From assembly GCA_963662285.2 (NCBI GenBank), contig CAXXMV010000006.1, forward strand, positions 1,600,001-1,664,000: 64,000 nucleotides of DNA, in the 5' to 3' direction. Shown here in pieces: positions 41,826-51,101 of the stretch (the stretch's first letter is position 1; each line of letters begins with the position of its first letter). Source of the stretch: a bacterium (GTDB taxonomy: Bacteria; Hinthialibacterota; Hinthialibacteria; Hinthialibacterales; Hinthialibacteraceae). The position numbers and the translations under genes are program-made. Below the pieces are notes generated by a model. The model was not told the DNA's origin. It ran no database searches and saw only the letters and a program-made list of their open reading frames with translations.

Positions 41826-42068
41826 TTACGATACTTTGCTTTTAATGTACTCAATCGCATCACCAACTGTTTTGATCTTCTCTGCTTCCTCTTCAGGGAT
41901 TTCGTCGATGCCGAAATTTTCTTCAAATTCCATTACCAGTTCGACTGTATCTAAAGAGTCGGCGCCTAGATCACGCGTGAATGATTTCTCCGCCGAAATC
42001 TCGTCCTTATCCACTTTAAGTTTCTCAGCAATAATATCAATTACTTTTTCTTCAATGTTTTCGCTCAC
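41826..42068 (-). CDS. acpP: Acyl carrier protein
   Basis: [14 protein letters not shown]; GTG start with GGAGG. Confidence 0.97.
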   Translation of the reverse strand: MSENIEEKVIDIIAEKLKVDKDEISAEKSFTRDLGADSLDTVELVMEFEENFGIDEIPEEEAEKIKTVGDAIEYIKSKVS

Positions 42069-42146
42069 GAATAGAACCTCCTTTGGTTTCTTTCTTTTTG
42101 GGTAAATCGATTTCAGCCGCTTCTGCGGCTATTTGTTCTAAGTTTA

Positions 42147-42893
42147 CTACATATTCAAACCGCCATCGATTACAATCACCTGACCGGTGATGTATGATGC
42201 TTCGTCTGAAGCGAGAAATCCGATAGAAGAAGCCACTTCCTCTGGTTTGCCGTAGCGCGCCAAGGGGATATTTTTCAGCATCATCTCTTTCGCAGATTCG
42301 CTCAGAGCGGCGGTCATTTTTGTCTCAATAAAACCGGGCGCCACCGCATTAACCGTAACGCCGCGTGAGGCCAATTCCTTGGCCATCGATTTGGTCATAC
42401 CGATTACGCCTGCTTTACTGGCGGCGTAATTGGCTTGTCCGGCGTTGCCCATCAGACCAACTACTGATGCAACGCTGATAATTCGACCATAGCGCGCCCG
42501 CATCATTAATTTAGCCGCAGCCCGCGCCATGTAGAATGATCCACTGAGATTAACCTTCAATACTGATTCCCAATCAGCGTCTTTCATGCGAATGGAAAGG
42601 GTATCGCGTGTAATTCCAGCATTATTTACTAAAATGTCAATCTTCTCGTACTGTTCTATACATGCATCAATCGCTTTTTGAGCGCCTTCAGAATTTGATA
42701 TATCTGCAGTTGCTCCAGCGGCTTGGATATTTCGTTCTTTAAGGTTGTTAATAGTCTCGTTTAAACCTTCTTCGTCAACATCCACCAGGAACAGTTTGGC
42801 GCCCATTCCAGCGAGATATTCAGCTGTCGCAAGGCCGATGCCGCGCGAACCGCCAGTTACCAAAGCTATTTTATCATCCAATCGAAAAGCCAT
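42147..42893 (-). CDS. fabG: 3-oxoacyl-ACP reductase
   Basis: [27 protein letters not shown]; fab operon context. Confidence 0.96.
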   Translation of the reverse strand: MAFRLDDKIALVTGGSRGIGLATAEYLAGMGAKLFLVDVDEEGLNETINNLKERNIQAAGATADISNSEGAQKAIDACIEQYEKIDILVNNAGITRDTLSIRMKDADWESVLKVNLSGSFYMARAAAKLMMRARYGRIISVASVVGLMGNAGQANYAASKAGVIGMTKSMAKELASRGVTVNAVAPGFIETKMTAALSESAKEMMLKNIPLARYGKPEEVASSIGFLASDEASYITGQVIVIDGGLNM

Positions 42894-42936
42894 TTTCTTC
42901 CTCGCTATGTTAAATGTATACTACAACCTCAGAAAA

Positions 42937-43863
42937 TTATAAGTTCTTTAATTCATCTAATGAAGTATTTGTGCTTTCTATGGCATCTGTGCTGAAGCAG
43001 GGAAGGTCGGGGCAACAGGCTTTTACCAAGCCTTTCAGCACTTCTCCCGGACCTGATTCTACTGCAACCTGGCACTCTTTTTCAATAAAAGTCATCGAAT
43101 CAGTCCAACGCACCGGTTCGCAGAATTGCTTGATAATTTGTTCTTTGATCATAGCCGCGTCTGTAACCGCTTGACCTGTATTATTTGACACCCAGGGGAT
43201 AGTTGCGTCGCAGATTTCAATGTTGTTCAGAAATTCGGCGAATTGCTGCTGCGCTTCTTTCATAAGTGGAGAGTGAAACGCTCCACTGACTTTAAGCGGC
43301 ATGACGCGGCGGGCGCCTTTTTCTTTAAGAGCAGCGGCTATTGCTTCAACCGCATCCGGTTCTCCGGTAATAACCGTCTGTTTGGGAGAATTGAAATTGG
43401 CCGCCTGTACTATGCCATCCGTCCAATTCCGGCAAACTTGATCAACCGCTTCAGGCGCCAAGCCAAGAACGGCCGCCATGGCGCCCGGCTTGGATGTTTC
43501 ATGCATCAATTGAGCGCGTTTGGCGATAATCCGCAATCCTGTTTCAAAATCCCAGGCGCCTGAAGTGGTCAACGCGGCAAATTCACCAGCGCTGTGACCA
43601 GCTGTTAACACAGGAGTTACGCCCGATTCCTTCAAATATTCTGCAATAACGCAACTCAATACATAAATGCAGGGTTGAGTATAAAGGGTAATATTAAGAT
43701 CAGCTTTTTTATCTGGATTGGATAATTCTTCAACTGACCATCCCAGAATATCGGTTGCAGTTTGATAGCGGCTGTTGATTGAGGGATTGGATGCAATGAA
43801 ATCAAGCCCCATGCCTTCGCGCTGCGAGCCTTGTCCGGGGAAAAGGAAAGCAATATTTGTCAT
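42937..43863 (-). CDS. fabD: Malonyl-CoA:ACP transacylase
   Basis: FPGQGSQ, GHSAGE, VSGAFHS, PVRW. Confidence 0.96.
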   Translation of the reverse strand: MTNIAFLFPGQGSQREGMGLDFIASNPSINSRYQTATDILGWSVEELSNPDKKADLNITLYTQPCIYVLSCVIAEYLKESGVTPVLTAGHSAGEFAALTTSGAWDFETGLRIIAKRAQLMHETSKPGAMAAVLGLAPEAVDQVCRNWTDGIVQAANFNSPKQTVITGEPDAVEAIAAALKEKGARRVMPLKVSGAFHSPLMKEAQQQFAEFLNNIEICDATIPWVSNNTGQAVTDAAMIKEQIIKQFCEPVRWTDSMTFIEKECQVAVESGPGEVLKGLVKACCPDLPCFSTDAIESTNTSLDELKNL

Positions 43864-44019
43864 TGTTATAATTCCGGTAATTGATTTTCAATTTAGTTCA
43901 TGCCGTTTCTGACAAGCTATTCTTAAAAGGTATTCTGAAACGGCATGAGTTTTTCAGATAAGTTTTGGTTAATTCAATAATGCAGCAAAGCGCTGATTGG
44001 AGCGATTATAAAAATCACT

Positions 44020-45000
44020 CTAGAATTGCACCAGGTTAGCGCCCCAGGTCAGACCACCTCCGAAGGAAACGAATATGGCGGCGTCTCCTTCTTTTAACCG
44101 GCCTTCCTGTAATGCTTCATGTAATGCGATTGGAACAGTGGCAGCCGATGTATTGGCGTATTTTTCGATATTGACGTAAAAATTCTTTTCCAGACTAAGC
44201 CCTAAGCGCCTGGCTACAGCTTCGAGTATGCGAATATTGGCTTGATGCGGGATAATCAGAGCGATATCCTCTTTTTTCTTGTTGGTGCGTTCCAGCACCT
44301 TCTCGCACATCTGAGCCATAACCCGAACGGCTTGCTTGAAAATCTCTTTTCCATTCAGATAGAGAAAATGATCATTATTATCGATAGCTTGTTGAGTAAT
44401 AGGGACTCGTGATCCGCCGCATTTCTGGCATAGCAGATCAGCCATTGAGCCATCCGCACCCAATTCCGAACAGAGTACGCCTTTGGTTTCATGAGGTTGA
44501 ATGATGACCGCTCCGGCGCCGTCGCCGAAAAGAACGCAGGAATTGCGGTCTGTCCAGTCTACAACTTTAGTCAGCAGGTCAACGCCAACCAACAGAACAT
44601 TCTTATACTGGCCTGATTCTACGTATGCTTGAGCAATTGACAAACCGTATACAAAACCACTGCATGCAGCGGATAGATCGAATGCCATAGCATTCTTGGC
44701 GCCTAATCTATGTTGAAGGATGCATGCGGTTGCCGGCCAGCTGTAATCGCCTGAAATAGTGGCGATAATCACTGCATCAAGTTCTTCGGGATTTACGCCC
44801 GCAGATTTTAAGGCGTTTTGAGATGCTTCCAAGGCCAAGTCGGAAGCGGCTATGGATTCATCAGATACATGGCGTTCAGACATGCCAGTTCTTTCGCGAA
44901 TCCATTGATCAGATGTGTCTACCATCTTTTCCATATCATGGTTGGTTAGAACACGCTCTGGAACAGCCATACCAGTTGAAACTATATTTGCTAAAACCAC
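44020..45000 (-). CDS. fabH: 3-oxoacyl-ACP synthase III
   Basis: Likely GTG start at 45000; DTSDQWI..RTG, AACSGF, FGDGAGA, PHQANIRI, NTSAA, FGGGLTWG. Confidence 0.96.
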   Translation of the reverse strand: MVLANIVSTGMAVPERVLTNHDMEKMVDTSDQWIRERTGMSERHVSDESIAASDLALEASQNALKSAGVNPEELDAVIIATISGDYSWPATACILQHRLGAKNAMAFDLSAACSGFVYGLSIAQAYVESGQYKNVLLVGVDLLTKVVDWTDRNSCVLFGDGAGAVIIQPHETKGVLCSELGADGSMADLLCQKCGGSRVPITQQAIDNNDHFLYLNGKEIFKQAVRVMAQMCEKVLERTNKKKEDIALIIPHQANIRILEAVARRLGLSLEKNFYVNIEKYANTSAATVPIALHEALQEGRLKEGDAAIFVSFGGGLTWGANLVQF

Positions 45001-45032
45001 TAAATTGCCTTTCATTATGAGAAAAAAATAAC

Positions 45033-46025
45033 TTATGTAACCACGGAGGCAAATTCCTCTATGGCGTGTTTGATCTGATCTGTCGGACATTTTTGAGCAG
45101 CTGTCCGGGCTGTTCTAATTCCATTAGCAATCGCTTTGGGACCAGAGCGCCCATGACCGATTAAGCAATGCCCGTTAACGCCCAAAAGAAGCGCAGCGCC
45201 ATAAGATGAATAATCGACGCGTTTCATAGTCTCCTGGAAGAAGGTTTTCCTGTGCGCCGAGTCAACTTCGTTACCGAAAACATGTTCGATTTCGATCTCC
45301 ATGGCCCGGCAGAACATCTTGGCGAAACCTTCGCCGAATTTAAGAATTACGTTGCCGATGAAACCATCGCAGACCACTACATCTGCAGTTCCCCGCATGA
45401 TATCGACGCCTTCAACGTTACCTATATAGTTGATGGGAGCTGTCTTAAGCAGTTTATGCGTATTGAAAGTAAGTTCGTTGCCCTTACTTTTTTCTTCACC
45501 GATAGAAAGCAACCCGATTTTCGGATTGGAAACGTTGAAAGCCATTTTCTTATAGATGGAACCCATCACAGCGAAATGCAATAAATGCTCCGGCTTGCAA
45601 TCCACTGTTGCGCCCACATCTAATAGAAGCGTATAGCCATCAACCGTAGGGAAGGGAGCGATGATTCCCGGTTTGGATATATCGGCGAAGCGTCCCAGAA
45701 CGAATATGGCGAAACCAACCGTAGCGCCGGAGTTGCCCATAGAAAGCAAGGCGTCCGCTTTACCTTGCTTAACTAATGATGTTGCTACGGCGATAGAGGA
45801 ATCACGTTTGGTTTTCAGAGCCGTTGAAGGGGAGTCATGCATATCAACGACGGTCGGAGCATCAACGATAGTAACGTCTAAGCCATCGCACAGTTTATTA
45901 AGACGATCCTGCACCCCGACCAGAATGATTTCCGTATCGGTTTCTTCCGATAAAAATAAGCGAACGCCCTCAATGACATCGTCAGGCGCCCTATCGCCGC
46001 CCATGGCGTCAATGGCGATTCTCAT
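45033..46025 (-). CDS. plsX: Phosphate acyltransferase PlsX
   Basis: IAIDAMGGD, LLDVGA, GEEKSKG, VCDGFIGN, HGRS. Confidence 0.96.
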   Translation of the reverse strand: MRIAIDAMGGDRAPDDVIEGVRLFLSEETDTEIILVGVQDRLNKLCDGLDVTIVDAPTVVDMHDSPSTALKTKRDSSIAVATSLVKQGKADALLSMGNSGATVGFAIFVLGRFADISKPGIIAPFPTVDGYTLLLDVGATVDCKPEHLLHFAVMGSIYKKMAFNVSNPKIGLLSIGEEKSKGNELTFNTHKLLKTAPINYIGNVEGVDIMRGTADVVVCDGFIGNVILKFGEGFAKMFCRAMEIEIEHVFGNEVDSAHRKTFFQETMKRVDYSSYGAALLLGVNGHCLIGHGRSGPKAIANGIRTARTAAQKCPTDQIKHAIEEFASVVT

Positions 46026-46074
46026 GCGTATTTCCTTCCAGGTATTTCAGCAGCCTATACGCCGTTAAACGGCT

Positions 46075-46242
46075 TTAGACTACCGTTGCATTCTTGTAAA
46101 AACCACAATGAGGGCATACGCGATGCGGCATTTTCCAACTACGGCAATTAGGACATTCTGATAATGATGCAACCTTGATAGCATCATGTGAACGTCCCAT
46201 ACGGTTTTTTGATCTTGATTTTCTGTGTTTCGGATGAGCCAT
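46075..46242 (-). CDS. rpmF: 50S ribosomal protein L32 (zinc-binding form)
   Basis: Below the ORF-track cutoff; manual translation MAHPKHRKSRSKNRMGRSHDAIKVASLSECPNCRSWKMPHRVCPHCGFYKNATVV; classic position upstream of plsX. Confidence 0.95.
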   Translation of the reverse strand: MAHPKHRKSRSKNRMGRSHDAIKVASLSECPNCRSWKMPHRVCPHCGFYKNATVV

Positions 46243-46344
46243 GATTTCCTCACAATAAAATAGATTTGTTAAAGATTGATTAAAAATATAATGACCTGAA
46301 TTGGAGTAGCCGGCAAAAACCGTTTTCGACTTTTTACCGTTTCG

Positions 46345-46833
46345 TCATATTTGGCCAAATTTTTCCTTTAATCGTTGTGCAACATATTCCGGTACATAAT
46401 CACTGATATCGCCGCCAACTTTAGAAACTTCTTTAACTAGACGGGCGCGAAGATAAATATATTCAAGACTTGGCGCCATAAAAACCGTTTCTATATCGCA
46501 AGCCAGTTTCCGGTTAGTTAGAGCCATTTCAAATTCATATTCAAAATCGGAAACTGCGCGTAAACCACGCAGGATTAAATTCGCTTTTTTCTGACGAACG
46601 AAATCAACCAGCAATCCACTAAAGGAATCTAACTCGATGTTACTAATATTACTGGTGACTTTTTCAAGCATGGAAACCCGTTCTTCGATGGTAAACAACG
46701 GCATTTTGCTGGGATTAGTAACTACCGCAACAACCAGCCGGTCGAAGATTTTTGCGCCCCGTTCGATTAAGTCTAAATGGCCGTTGGTGACGGGATCGAA
46801 CATTCCCGGATATACAGCAATTCTTTGGGGCAT
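46345..46833 (-). CDS. coaD: Phosphopantetheine adenylyltransferase
   Basis: YPGMFDPVTNGHLD, RGLRAVSDFEYE. Confidence 0.97.
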   Translation of the reverse strand: MPQRIAVYPGMFDPVTNGHLDLIERGAKIFDRLVVAVVTNPSKMPLFTIEERVSMLEKVTSNISNIELDSFSGLLVDFVRQKKANLILRGLRAVSDFEYEFEMALTNRKLACDIETVFMAPSLEYIYLRARLVKEVSKVGGDISDYVPEYVAQRLKEKFGQI

Positions 46834-47037
46834 TATTTCAAATCCTAAACAGAGTTAAAACCTAATAAATTTACCAGTAAATAAACAAAGCCAACTGCAA
46901 CCAAGTAGGGTACTTGCGTAAGGGCATTTTATCAAGCGGCGCACTGCATATTGTGTATTTCTTGTTTTAATACACTGATTATATTAATTATTATCTACAT
47001 AATGCCTGACATTAACTGCCCCTGATTACTGATTATT

Positions 47038-48108
47038 TCAATTGGTTGACCAAGGGGCTTTTTTACCAACTGCTTCAACAACCGGAGGAAGAACTTTCAT
47101 TATCTCTTCGAATCCTTGGGCGTCAAGCGATTGTTTCCCATCAGAAAAAGCGCGTGATGGTTCTGGATGAACTTCCAGCATTATACCATGACAGCCCGAT
47201 GCGGCTGATGCGAGGCTCATGGGTTTTACCAGATTTATATCGCCTGTTCCATGGCTGGGATCGACTATAACCGGCAAGTGGGTCAAATCTTTCAGAGCTG
47301 GAACTGCATTCAAATCAAGCACATTCCTGTATTGCGTTTCAAAAGTACGAATACCGCGTTCGCACAGAATCACATTATTATTGCCTTGCGATAATATATA
47401 TTCCGCCGACATCAACCATTCAATAATGGTTGATGACATTCCCCTTTTTAACAGAATTGGCCGTTTTGTCGCTCCCAGCGACTTTAATAGAAAGAAATTC
47501 TGCATGTTACGGGCGCCGATTTGTATTATGTCAGAGTATTGGGATACTAATTCCAGGTGATGCGCATCCATTAACTCCGTCACCACTGCAAGCCCATATT
47601 CTTGACGCGCTTCAGCCAATAATTTCAGACCTTCTTCTTCCAATCCCTGGAAACTGTAAGGAGAAGTTCTGGGTTTAAAAGCGCCTCCTCGCAGGCAGCA
47701 AGCTCCGAACTGTTTGGCGATTTTGGCGGATTCAAGAATCTGATCGCGGTTTTCCACTGAGCAGGGACCAGCGATAACCGTAAATTCCGGACCGCCTATA
47801 GTGATTTTCTTTTTGCCTTCTTTCCATTCAAACTCAAATTCTATGATAGTATCTGGACGGATGAGTCCTTTTTGAATTTCGCGGCTGACTAATTTATATG
47901 GGGGAAGAATAAACTCTACTTTATCAACGCCCGGCTGACTGAGCATGCGGTCATATAGACCTTCTTTACCGCGTTCGTCTCCCACTGCGGCGAGGACGGT
48001 TAAGTTGGTTCCATAAATAGGGTGAACGGTATATCCCGCTTCCTCGATTAAATTTTCAACATTTTTGATATCTTCCTTGGTCGCCTTGGTCTTCATCTGG
48101 ATAATCAT
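47038..48108 (-). CDS. aroF: DAHP synthase class I-beta with N-terminal regulatory domain
   Basis: IAGPCSVE, GGAFKPRTSPYSFQG, IGARNMQN, LCERGIRTF, DPSHG. Confidence 0.95.
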   Translation of the reverse strand: MIIQMKTKATKEDIKNVENLIEEAGYTVHPIYGTNLTVLAAVGDERGKEGLYDRMLSQPGVDKVEFILPPYKLVSREIQKGLIRPDTIIEFEFEWKEGKKKITIGGPEFTVIAGPCSVENRDQILESAKIAKQFGACCLRGGAFKPRTSPYSFQGLEEEGLKLLAEARQEYGLAVVTELMDAHHLELVSQYSDIIQIGARNMQNFFLLKSLGATKRPILLKRGMSSTIIEWLMSAEYILSQGNNNVILCERGIRTFETQYRNVLDLNAVPALKDLTHLPVIVDPSHGTGDINLVKPMSLASAASGCHGIMLEVHPEPSRAFSDGKQSLDAQGFEEIMKVLPPVVEAVGKKAPWSTN

Positions 48109-48486
48109 GTCACAGCCTCTTTACTTGGTAATAGATTTGGTGACCGGGTACGCCATGGTATTTAGAAAATAAATAATAATGGATCGAATGGAAATCCCGC
48201 CCGGAGACCTTTATTCTAGAGTCAGAACTGTGGGATTAAAGGTTTAAGTTTTTCAATAATGCAAGTTATTTCATCTTTTTCGCTAAAATTCCTTACAAAA
48301 TTGAAGTTAAAGCGTAAAACAGCCAGTTCAAACTTCGATTATTACGGCGTAATAGCCGAAGCGGTCGTCCTGGGTAATGTCTCTATTGGCGTTAGGGAAA
48401 AGATATATTGGGATGCTGAAAGCAACCAACTGCCCGGCAGCGGATCGATTTATCAAACCGATTTAACATAATGGAAGGGTGGTTGT

Positions 48487-48526
48487 TATCAACCCTCTCC
48501 TAACCTCTCCCAATCTTGGGAGAGGA
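48487..48526. repeat. Half copy of family C element downstream of the flagellins
   Basis: TATCAACCCTCTCCTAACCTCTCCCAATCTTGGGAGAGGA is the exact reverse complement of 19209-19248. Confidence 0.8.
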
Positions 48527-48555
48527 ATGATTATCTATGGTTGTTGTTTAACTTC

Positions 48556-50952
48556 TTATCTCAAAAGATCAAGAAACATGTTGTTATACAAGTTATTGGC
48601 TTGAGATTGAACATTGATATTGCTTTGCAGAAGCATCTGGTTCAATGAGTTCCGGGTTGATTCTCTGGCGAAGTCGGCATCCATAATTCTTGATCGGGAT
48701 GCAAGTAGATTTTCAGAAGCGACGGATAAATTATTGGCGGTCGCTTCGAGCCGGTTGGTGACGGCGCCAATTTCTCCGCGCGTCTGGTTAACTTGTTCCA
48801 TGGCCTGATCAACAATAGCCAGCGCTTCATCAACGCCGCCTGCTTCAGTTATGTCAATATCATTGAGCGACCGGCCTTTTCCTAAACCTAATGATCCAGG
48901 GCGTACGTCGCCAAACCTCATGCCCATTCGATCTCCGGCGTTGGCGCCAATCTGGAAATTGGCCTCCCGGCTTACAGCGGATATGACTACAGTGCTGAAT
49001 GCTCCCTCGCCCGCATCGGGGACATTGACGTTGGCGTCAAAATCAAGCGTTAGCGTTTCACCCTGACGGATGCCATTGTTAAATGTTACATCCTGCGCGC
49101 CCGCTCCAAACCGGACATTGGGACCGCCATTAAGGGAACCGCTGAACTCTTCGCGGGTAACGTTAATTTCATCAGTTCCATTGCTGAGGTTATCGCCCAT
49201 ACGTAAGGTTATCTGTGAAGCGCCTGCGCCGTTTGAATCGCCGGGGCGTCCATAGAGAGTGGCATTTTCGCCAGCCCTAACTCGTTGCGCCGGGCCGCCA
49301 TTTACCCTTACCGTGGCTTGTTGATCGTTGCCTGCTGTTACGGTGTTGGCTGAATCTGAAATTGTGGCGAAGGTTCCACCTCCGGCGGAGCGGTCGTTAA
49401 CCGTGATGTTGAAATTGGATTGTGATGTTCCGGCGACGTCATCCACCAGTTGAAGGTTGCCGCCGGATGTCAACCGGGCGGTGGCGTCTTCAAAGCCGCT
49501 TTGTCTGCCAATGCCTCCAGCGGCGTTGGTGCGGTCACGAACATTCAGTTCGTCAACCAGGTCTTGTATGGTTACAGCTGCGCCGTTGCCCGCTGACCCA
49601 TCAACATTGGATACGGTTATGGTATTGGTGAAGGTTGATCCATCGGCGTTGGTTCCATTGATGCTGATAGTATCGCCTTGAGCCAGGGTTGCGCCATTGA
49701 ATACTGAACCGATCAGGTTGGTTGTTAAATCCGCTGCTCCTCCGCCAGCTTGTTGGAAGGAGACGTTGCTTTCAACTACCCGCGCCTGGGCTTGGGTGAC
49801 ATCGGAAACCTCTATGGTCAGCGTTCCGGTATCGAAGGTATTGCCCGTGATGGCGGTGACGGCGTTGCCCACCTGGGCGCCGGTAGCTGCGCCGCCGATT
49901 TCTGCGGCGCGGGTGGTTGCGGTTGTATTTTGAACTCGGTTATTTGCATCAAGGGATGTGAAATTTACATTGAAATCAGAAACTCCAGTCACCGCGCCGT
50001 TGGAGAACTCCATGCGTCCAGTAGTTGCGTTGAATGAAACGTTGGTTTCAGCCGCATTGGTTCCAGCGGCGCTATTGACGCCTTGTTCCATTTCGGCGGC
50101 GTCAATCGATGCTTGGATGGCATCGGCCAGACTGGTTCCGGCGCCTCCACCTCCGGCGATATCTGATCCCGCGGATATTTGGAATGAACCGGAAAATTCC
50201 GTCACGCCATCAGCCAACACGCCGCTGAAGGCAATAGTTCCACCAGCCTGGAGCGCCGCTCCGTTGAATGTCACATTGGTAAGGTTCTCACCAGCAGCTG
50301 CGGCGCCGGTTCCATCATCGAAGGTTCCCTGAGTGACGGCGATATCCTGTTGATTTTGGATTCCGGCGTTGATTGTTGCCGCGCCGGGATCATTTCCGCT
50401 GACAATAGTAGCTGAACCTTCCTGGACGCGGGTGATATTGAAAAAGTTTTCCCGTGTGGTCAGGTCGCTATCATCAACATTAACTCCCATATCGGGGGTT
50501 CCCGGACGGATTCCGGCGCTTGAATCGAAATCACCATTTAAGAGAGTATTGGATCCGAATTGAGTAGTATTGGCGATGCGGCCTATTTCATCAACATATT
50601 GATTAATCTCTAATTGAATGGCTTGTTGAGCGCTTTGATCCAATACTCCGGTATTGCCGGATTGAACCACTAACTCACGTATACGCTGGAGGTTTTGGTT
50701 GACCGTATCGAGCGATGAATCAGCCACATTGGCCAGATTTATACCGGTTTGAGTGGCATCGAAAGCTTCTCCTAATCCTCGAAACTGGCTGTTAAGCCGA
50801 TTGGCGATGCTCAGACCAGCTGCATCGTCACCCGCCTGATTGATGCGAAGACCTGAGGTGAGGCGATTCATATTGGTGTTGATAGAACGGTTGAGACCAA
50901 TAAGGTTTTGAATAGAAGATAATGAACTTAGGTTGTTGTTGATACTAGTCAT
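48556..50952 (-). CDS. Large flagellin (798 aa)
   Basis: N-term RLTSGLRINQAGDDAAGLSI, IANTTQFG..LLNG; C-term RGEIGA..NRLE..ENL.ASRSRIMDADFARE..QAN. Confidence 0.92.
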   Translation of the reverse strand: MTSINNNLSSLSSIQNLIGLNRSINTNMNRLTSGLRINQAGDDAAGLSIANRLNSQFRGLGEAFDATQTGINLANVADSSLDTVNQNLQRIRELVVQSGNTGVLDQSAQQAIQLEINQYVDEIGRIANTTQFGSNTLLNGDFDSSAGIRPGTPDMGVNVDDSDLTTRENFFNITRVQEGSATIVSGNDPGAATINAGIQNQQDIAVTQGTFDDGTGAAAAGENLTNVTFNGAALQAGGTIAFSGVLADGVTEFSGSFQISAGSDIAGGGGAGTSLADAIQASIDAAEMEQGVNSAAGTNAAETNVSFNATTGRMEFSNGAVTGVSDFNVNFTSLDANNRVQNTTATTRAAEIGGAATGAQVGNAVTAITGNTFDTGTLTIEVSDVTQAQARVVESNVSFQQAGGGAADLTTNLIGSVFNGATLAQGDTISINGTNADGSTFTNTITVSNVDGSAGNGAAVTIQDLVDELNVRDRTNAAGGIGRQSGFEDATARLTSGGNLQLVDDVAGTSQSNFNITVNDRSAGGGTFATISDSANTVTAGNDQQATVRVNGGPAQRVRAGENATLYGRPGDSNGAGASQITLRMGDNLSNGTDEINVTREEFSGSLNGGPNVRFGAGAQDVTFNNGIRQGETLTLDFDANVNVPDAGEGAFSTVVISAVSREANFQIGANAGDRMGMRFGDVRPGSLGLGKGRSLNDIDITEAGGVDEALAIVDQAMEQVNQTRGEIGAVTNRLEATANNLSVASENLLASRSRIMDADFARESTRNSLNQMLLQSNINVQSQANNLYNNMFLDLLR

Positions 50953-51101
50953 GATCTTTTCTCCTGAATGAACGCTCCGTTTTTTAATGAAATACAGAGT
51001 GTATTATATTTTATCATTTTTATACCATGTTATACAAGCGATAAATTACATTATGTTTACTAATATAAAGTACATTGATGCAATATTTGTTTGCAACCAG
51101 A

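Noticed and set aside
48259-48471. 70-aa ORF between aroF and flagellin
   Set aside because: No recognisable motif or RBS; cannot be supported.
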